Part shown: positions 60,484-64,000 of the stretch, one piece after another
Layout: each line of letters starts with the position of its first letter
How positions within the stretch are numbered: the first letter of the stretch is position 1
Assembly (NCBI GenBank): GCA_036676985.1
Contig: JAKFBU010000056.1
Coordinates: forward strand, 199,629-263,628
DNA length: 64,000 nucleotides
From: Candidatus Sericytochromatia bacterium
GTDB taxonomy: Bacteria; Cyanobacteriota; Sericytochromatia; S15B-MN24; UBA4093
Direction of reading: 5' to 3'
Position numbers and translations under genes: made by a program
The notes under the pieces: generated by a model
Database searches by the model: none
Seen by the model: only the letters and a program-made list of their open reading frames with translations
Told to the model about the DNA's origin: nothing

Positions 60484-62349
60484 ATGAGACGTCGCATGAT
60501 CCTCCTGACCGCCCTGTCGCTCGCCGCCGGATGCCATCCTGCCCCGGGGGCGCTCCCGGCGGGCCCGGTCCCCTCGGCCGCAGCCGTCCAGGAGTTGCCT
60601 CGCATCACCGGACACGTGGCCTTTCCGGACCGGGCCATCGCCTCCACCCCCGCGGACGTCGTCTCCCGGGCGACCGTCTCGGTGATCGACTCGAACAACC
60701 AGACGGTCGCCGTCACCCTGACGGACGACGCCGGCCGCTTCTCGCTGGCGGTCACGGGCTTCACGCCGGCGGCGGGCACGTTCTACACCCTCGAGGCCAT
60801 CAAGTCCCTGAGCACCGGCTCGGTGGGCGGAAACGCGCTCCGGATGCGCACGTTCGTCCAGTGGACGGGATCGGGTTGGACCTCGTGCACGGGGGCGATC
60901 GATGTCGCCATCAGCCCCACGACCACGGCCGTCGCCATCGTCGAGGCGACGCAAGCCGGCGTGGGCTTCGCCGAGACCATGGGCATCGTGGCCGACGAGA
61001 CGGTCGTCTCCACCAGCCCCGTGCTCAACGCCCACTGGCAAAGGGTCCAGAGCCTGGTCAGCAGCCTGCTGTCGAAGGACCTCGATCCGATCGCCCGGAT
61101 CTCCCTGAGCTCCGGGTCCTACCTGGCCTTGCCCGAAAGGGCCGTCATCTTCCAGCCGAACCTCGCCGCGGGGACGTTCACCGACACCAGCCTCATGCTC
61201 GACGGCTCGATCCAGCTCACCGGCGCCCTACCGCGCCCGCGAGTCGTCGAAGAGGCGAGCTTCGCCGCCGCCGGCGTGACCAGCACCGCGGTGGTGGCCA
61301 ACGACGGCACCTATGTCTACGTCCGGCCGTGGAACACCAATACGGGCTGGGTCAAGATCGGGACGGGCTACAAGGGCACGACCGCGGGAGTGAACGGCGG
61401 AGGCTACGGCGTGACGAGCCAGGTCCTGAACGCCGGCTTCTTCGGGGGTTACGTCTACCAGTCGCTCTACGGAAACAACGGCTTGCTGGAGCGGCTGAAC
61501 GTCACGAGCGGGGCCACGGGCACCGTGGCCGTCACGCCCTCCCTCGTCTACCGGGAAACGGGGCTCACGACCACCGGCACCCACGTCAACGTGGCGTCCG
61601 ACGGCACGTTCCTCTACAACGCCGCCTTCTCCATCAACAATGGGGGCAACAACGGCTTCACGGTGCGGGTGTACGATCCGTCGAACGGCTTCGGCCTGGT
61701 TCGCCAGCTGTTCCTCGACGGGGCCAACACTCCCCTGGCCAACACGTCGTATGGTCAGGACTGCATGGCGGACGGGGTCTACTTCTATGCCATGGAGTGG
61801 GCCTCCAGCCCCCCCATGAACGGCAGGGCCCGCATGCGCCGGTACCGGCTCAGCGACGGTCAGCTCGAGGCCGAGACGACCTTCTCCCAGGACTACCCCC
61901 AGGCGGATCCCCTCACCGGCAGCTATGACTGGGTCAACAACAAGTTCTGGTTCGGAGATTACAACTCCAACACCATCCGCCGGACGGCGGGGCGCGCCTT
62001 TCCGGCGACCGGCACATGGCTCTCGCCGCCCCTCGACATGGGTTCGGCCGCGCCGCTGCTCGGACGCCTGAACTATAACGCCGTGGCCACCGACGGGCAG
62101 GTCGTGAAGCTCGAGCTCCGCTCGGCCAACACCCAGGAAGGCCTCACCGGCGCGTTCTCCGGTCCGGGAGGCGCCGGCACCTACTACACAGCCAGCGGAA
62201 CGCCCGTCAACCCGATCCACAACCGCCAGCGCTGGCTCCAGATCCGGGCGACCATGGAGCCTGACGCCACGGGCTCCACCGCGACCGGGACCCCCATCGC
62301 CAACACCACGCCCCGCCTCTACGGCGTGAGCGTGGAGGCCATCCCATAG
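60484..62349 (+). CDS. Large surface lipoprotein, array paralogue 4
   Basis: AGGAGG SD; lipobox AAGC; closest to paralogue 3 (shared RMRRYRLSDGQLEAETTFSQDYP). Confidence 0.85.
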   Translation: MRRRMILLTALSLAAGCHPAPGALPAGPVPSAAAVQELPRITGHVAFPDRAIASTPADVVSRATVSVIDSNNQTVAVTLTDDAGRFSLAVTGFTPAAGTFYTLEAIKSLSTGSVGGNALRMRTFVQWTGSGWTSCTGAIDVAISPTTTAVAIVEATQAGVGFAETMGIVADETVVSTSPVLNAHWQRVQSLVSSLLSKDLDPIARISLSSGSYLALPERAVIFQPNLAAGTFTDTSLMLDGSIQLTGALPRPRVVEEASFAAAGVTSTAVVANDGTYVYVRPWNTNTGWVKIGTGYKGTTAGVNGGGYGVTSQVLNAGFFGGYVYQSLYGNNGLLERLNVTSGATGTVAVTPSLVYRETGLTTTGTHVNVASDGTFLYNAAFSINNGGNNGFTVRVYDPSNGFGLVRQLFLDGANTPLANTSYGQDCMADGVYFYAMEWASSPPMNGRARMRRYRLSDGQLEAETTFSQDYPQADPLTGSYDWVNNKFWFGDYNSNTIRRTAGRAFPATGTWLSPPLDMGSAAPLLGRLNYNAVATDGQVVKLELRSANTQEGLTGAFSGPGGAGTYYTASGTPVNPIHNRQRWLQIRATMEPDATGSTATGTPIANTTPRLYGVSVEAIP

Positions 62350-62357
62350 GGGGCGCC

Positions 62358-63818
62358 ATGAGACGTACGCTGACTCTATTGACCGCGCTCACGCTCGCCG
62401 GCTGCCAGACGACCGTCGGCGGGGGACCGAGCGCTCCGGTCCAGACGGGGGCCATCCAGCTGACGCTGAGGGTGCCACCCGAGGCGCTGCCGGGCTATCA
62501 GACGGCCACCATCCCGGGCGGCAGCGCGAACATCGTCGCCATGCTCTCGAACGCGGCCCTGTTGGGTGTCCCCCGCTCGACGACCATTCCGCTGGTCGGA
62601 GGTCAGACGCTCTACACCGTGACCCTGGACTCCCTGCCCGTGGGAGGCGGTTACACCCTGGAGGCCGAGGCCCGCAACGGCTCGGGCGCGCGCCTCGCCT
62701 ACACCAACCAGCTCGATCCGGCCTCGAGCGACCCGGCTCTCGGACAGCCGAGGAACGTGAACCCCTTCACCAATCCGCCGCAATCCTTCGCGATCAGCTC
62801 GGGCGTGAACAACGTCAACGCCGGGTTGCGAATCTTGCCCGTGGGCGGCACGTCCCAGGGGGCCACGGCGGGCAACCTCACGGGCAATGCCCAGGTCATG
62901 GCGGGCTACCGGCGAACGGTCACCGTCACCTCGACGCTGGACGCCCCCGCGGGCTACGTCACCGCTCTGGCCCTCAACACCTCGTCGCTCGTCACCGGCG
63001 GCAAGCTGCGGGCGGACATGGCCGACCTTCATGTGCTCTTCTGGGACGGCGCCCGGTACGTGGAGCTTTACCGGGACATCGAGAGTCCGAACACCACGAA
63101 CTCCACCATCCGGTTCCGGCTTCAACAGGCGATTGCAGCCTCAGGCAGCGACGCCAACTACCTGGTGACCTACGGCAACAACCTGGCGGCCGCAGCCCCG
63201 AGCGATCGCGCCCAGGTCTACGACTTCTACGACGGCTTCGAGTTTGCCACCTCGCAGTTCGAAAACCGGGGCTGGACCACGATCCGCGGAACGGCCACCC
63301 TCGCCGCGGCCGCCGGGCAGGGACGGACCGGAAACGCCTTGAACATCAACAGCAGCGTCGGGGACTTCAACCGCGACGTCACGCACTACGTCGACTTCCC
63401 GACCAACTTCGAGCTGGAGGGATGGTTCAAGGACGACCTGGATGCCGCGCGCAACGACTGGTTCTCGCCGGTCGTGGGGTTCGTGTCCGACGCCGCCATC
63501 GGGATCTACACGAGCGTCGCCGGCTCGAACTTCCACTACATCCCGGCCGGCGGAGCCTGGCAGACCACGACCGTGGCACGCACGGCCGGCTGGCATCGCT
63601 ACGAGTTCCGGCGCTACAACGGCACGATGAGCTACCTGGTGGACGGCACCGTGGTCGGAACCGCGGCCGACGCCCGGACCTTCAAGGCCATCACGATCCG
63701 AGGCGGCAGTCCCGGCAGTGCCGGCTACGCGGCGAATGCCTACTGGGACGACTTCTCGGTACGCCAGTACCTGTCGCCCGAGCCGGCCGCCGCGGTCGGG
63801 GGGGAGACGGCCCTATGA
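62358..63818 (+). CDS. Lipoprotein with DUF2341-like domain and lectin/ConA-like C-terminus
   Basis: Lipobox LAGC; YRRTVTV...GKLRADMADL...LY..IE...Y.VTYGN; FYDGFE...WH.YE...YWDDFSVRQY...EP. Confidence 0.75.
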   Translation: MRRTLTLLTALTLAGCQTTVGGGPSAPVQTGAIQLTLRVPPEALPGYQTATIPGGSANIVAMLSNAALLGVPRSTTIPLVGGQTLYTVTLDSLPVGGGYTLEAEARNGSGARLAYTNQLDPASSDPALGQPRNVNPFTNPPQSFAISSGVNNVNAGLRILPVGGTSQGATAGNLTGNAQVMAGYRRTVTVTSTLDAPAGYVTALALNTSSLVTGGKLRADMADLHVLFWDGARYVELYRDIESPNTTNSTIRFRLQQAIAASGSDANYLVTYGNNLAAAAPSDRAQVYDFYDGFEFATSQFENRGWTTIRGTATLAAAAGQGRTGNALNINSSVGDFNRDVTHYVDFPTNFELEGWFKDDLDAARNDWFSPVVGFVSDAAIGIYTSVAGSNFHYIPAGGAWQTTTVARTAGWHRYEFRRYNGTMSYLVDGTVVGTAADARTFKAITIRGGSPGSAGYAANAYWDDFSVRQYLSPEPAAAVGGETAL

Positions 63819-64000
63819 CGAGACGCTTCACGCTTCCGCACCGCATGCTCCTGCTTTCAGCGGCAGGCCTGCTATTGCTGTTGCTCGCGGCCTGCATGCC
63901 CCAGGGCATTCTCGGCAGCGCCGAGGACGAGACGCCGCCCATCGTCGGCACGGTCACCTTCCCCCGGTACGTGGTCCAGGCCACCATCTCCGAGGTGGCG
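63815..64000 (+). CDS. Further array lipoprotein, truncated by window edge
   Basis: ATGA overlap; MTRRFTLPHRMLLLSAAGLLLLLLAAC...IVGTVTFPRYVVQATISEVA has the same N-terminal motif as the paralogues. Confidence 0.8.
   Translation, partial: MTRRFTLPHRMLLLSAAGLLLLLLAACMPQGILGSAEDETPPIVGTVTFPRYVVQATISEVA

Noticed and set aside
54806-62349. Paralogue array as a diversity-generating retroelement or shufflon
   Set aside because: No reverse transcriptase, recombinase or near-identical template/variable repeat pair in the window; divergence is spread throughout.

Overview
High-GC (about 68% by eye) bacterial chromosomal window, densely coded. Protein style and gene mix suggest a non-photosynthetic cyanobacterial relative such as Sericytochromatia; this is inference, since no marker gene is present. 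The metabolic backbone is a B12/radical-SAM lysine degradation set (kamA, kamB-like, kamD, kamE, kdd, kce; no kal or kamC seen) with an acyl-CoA carboxylase beta plus epsilon-like pair. It continues with crotonase, thiolase, hbd, two acyl-CoA dehydrogenases, meaB, icmF and a stand-alone B12-binding subunit. Accessory blocks are interleaved: an S8 protease/Kelch lipoprotein operon; a type IV pilin with a GH16 lipoprotein; telA/xpaC-like genes divergent from an SPFH-DUF4178-DUF350-speE-Tat oxidoreductase operon; a PLD; a duplicated pair of cupredoxin lipoproteins; and a HK/RR/MCP/GGDEF-EAL signalling block. The window ends in a tandem array of at least six large lipoproteins that runs off the right edge. 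No rRNA, tRNA, CRISPR array or transposase was seen; two REP/MITE-like repeat types are present. The main leads are: (1) a shared [R/Y/F]-x-[V/T/L/I]-Q(/A) motif shortly after the lipobox in otherwise unrelated lipoproteins, suggesting a type-V-pilus-like maturation or assembly system; (2) four paralogous lipoproteins whose propeller resembles, from memory, the N-terminal region of the eukaryotic E3 ligases MYCBP2/HECTD4; (3) an A-B-A-B array of copper-competent, Tyr/Arg/Gln-rich cupredoxins paired with ligand-dead cupredoxins; (4) a Tat signal reachable only through a non-canonical (probably CTG) start codon, and a missed 45-aa ORF ending in -HK, both in the speE operon.
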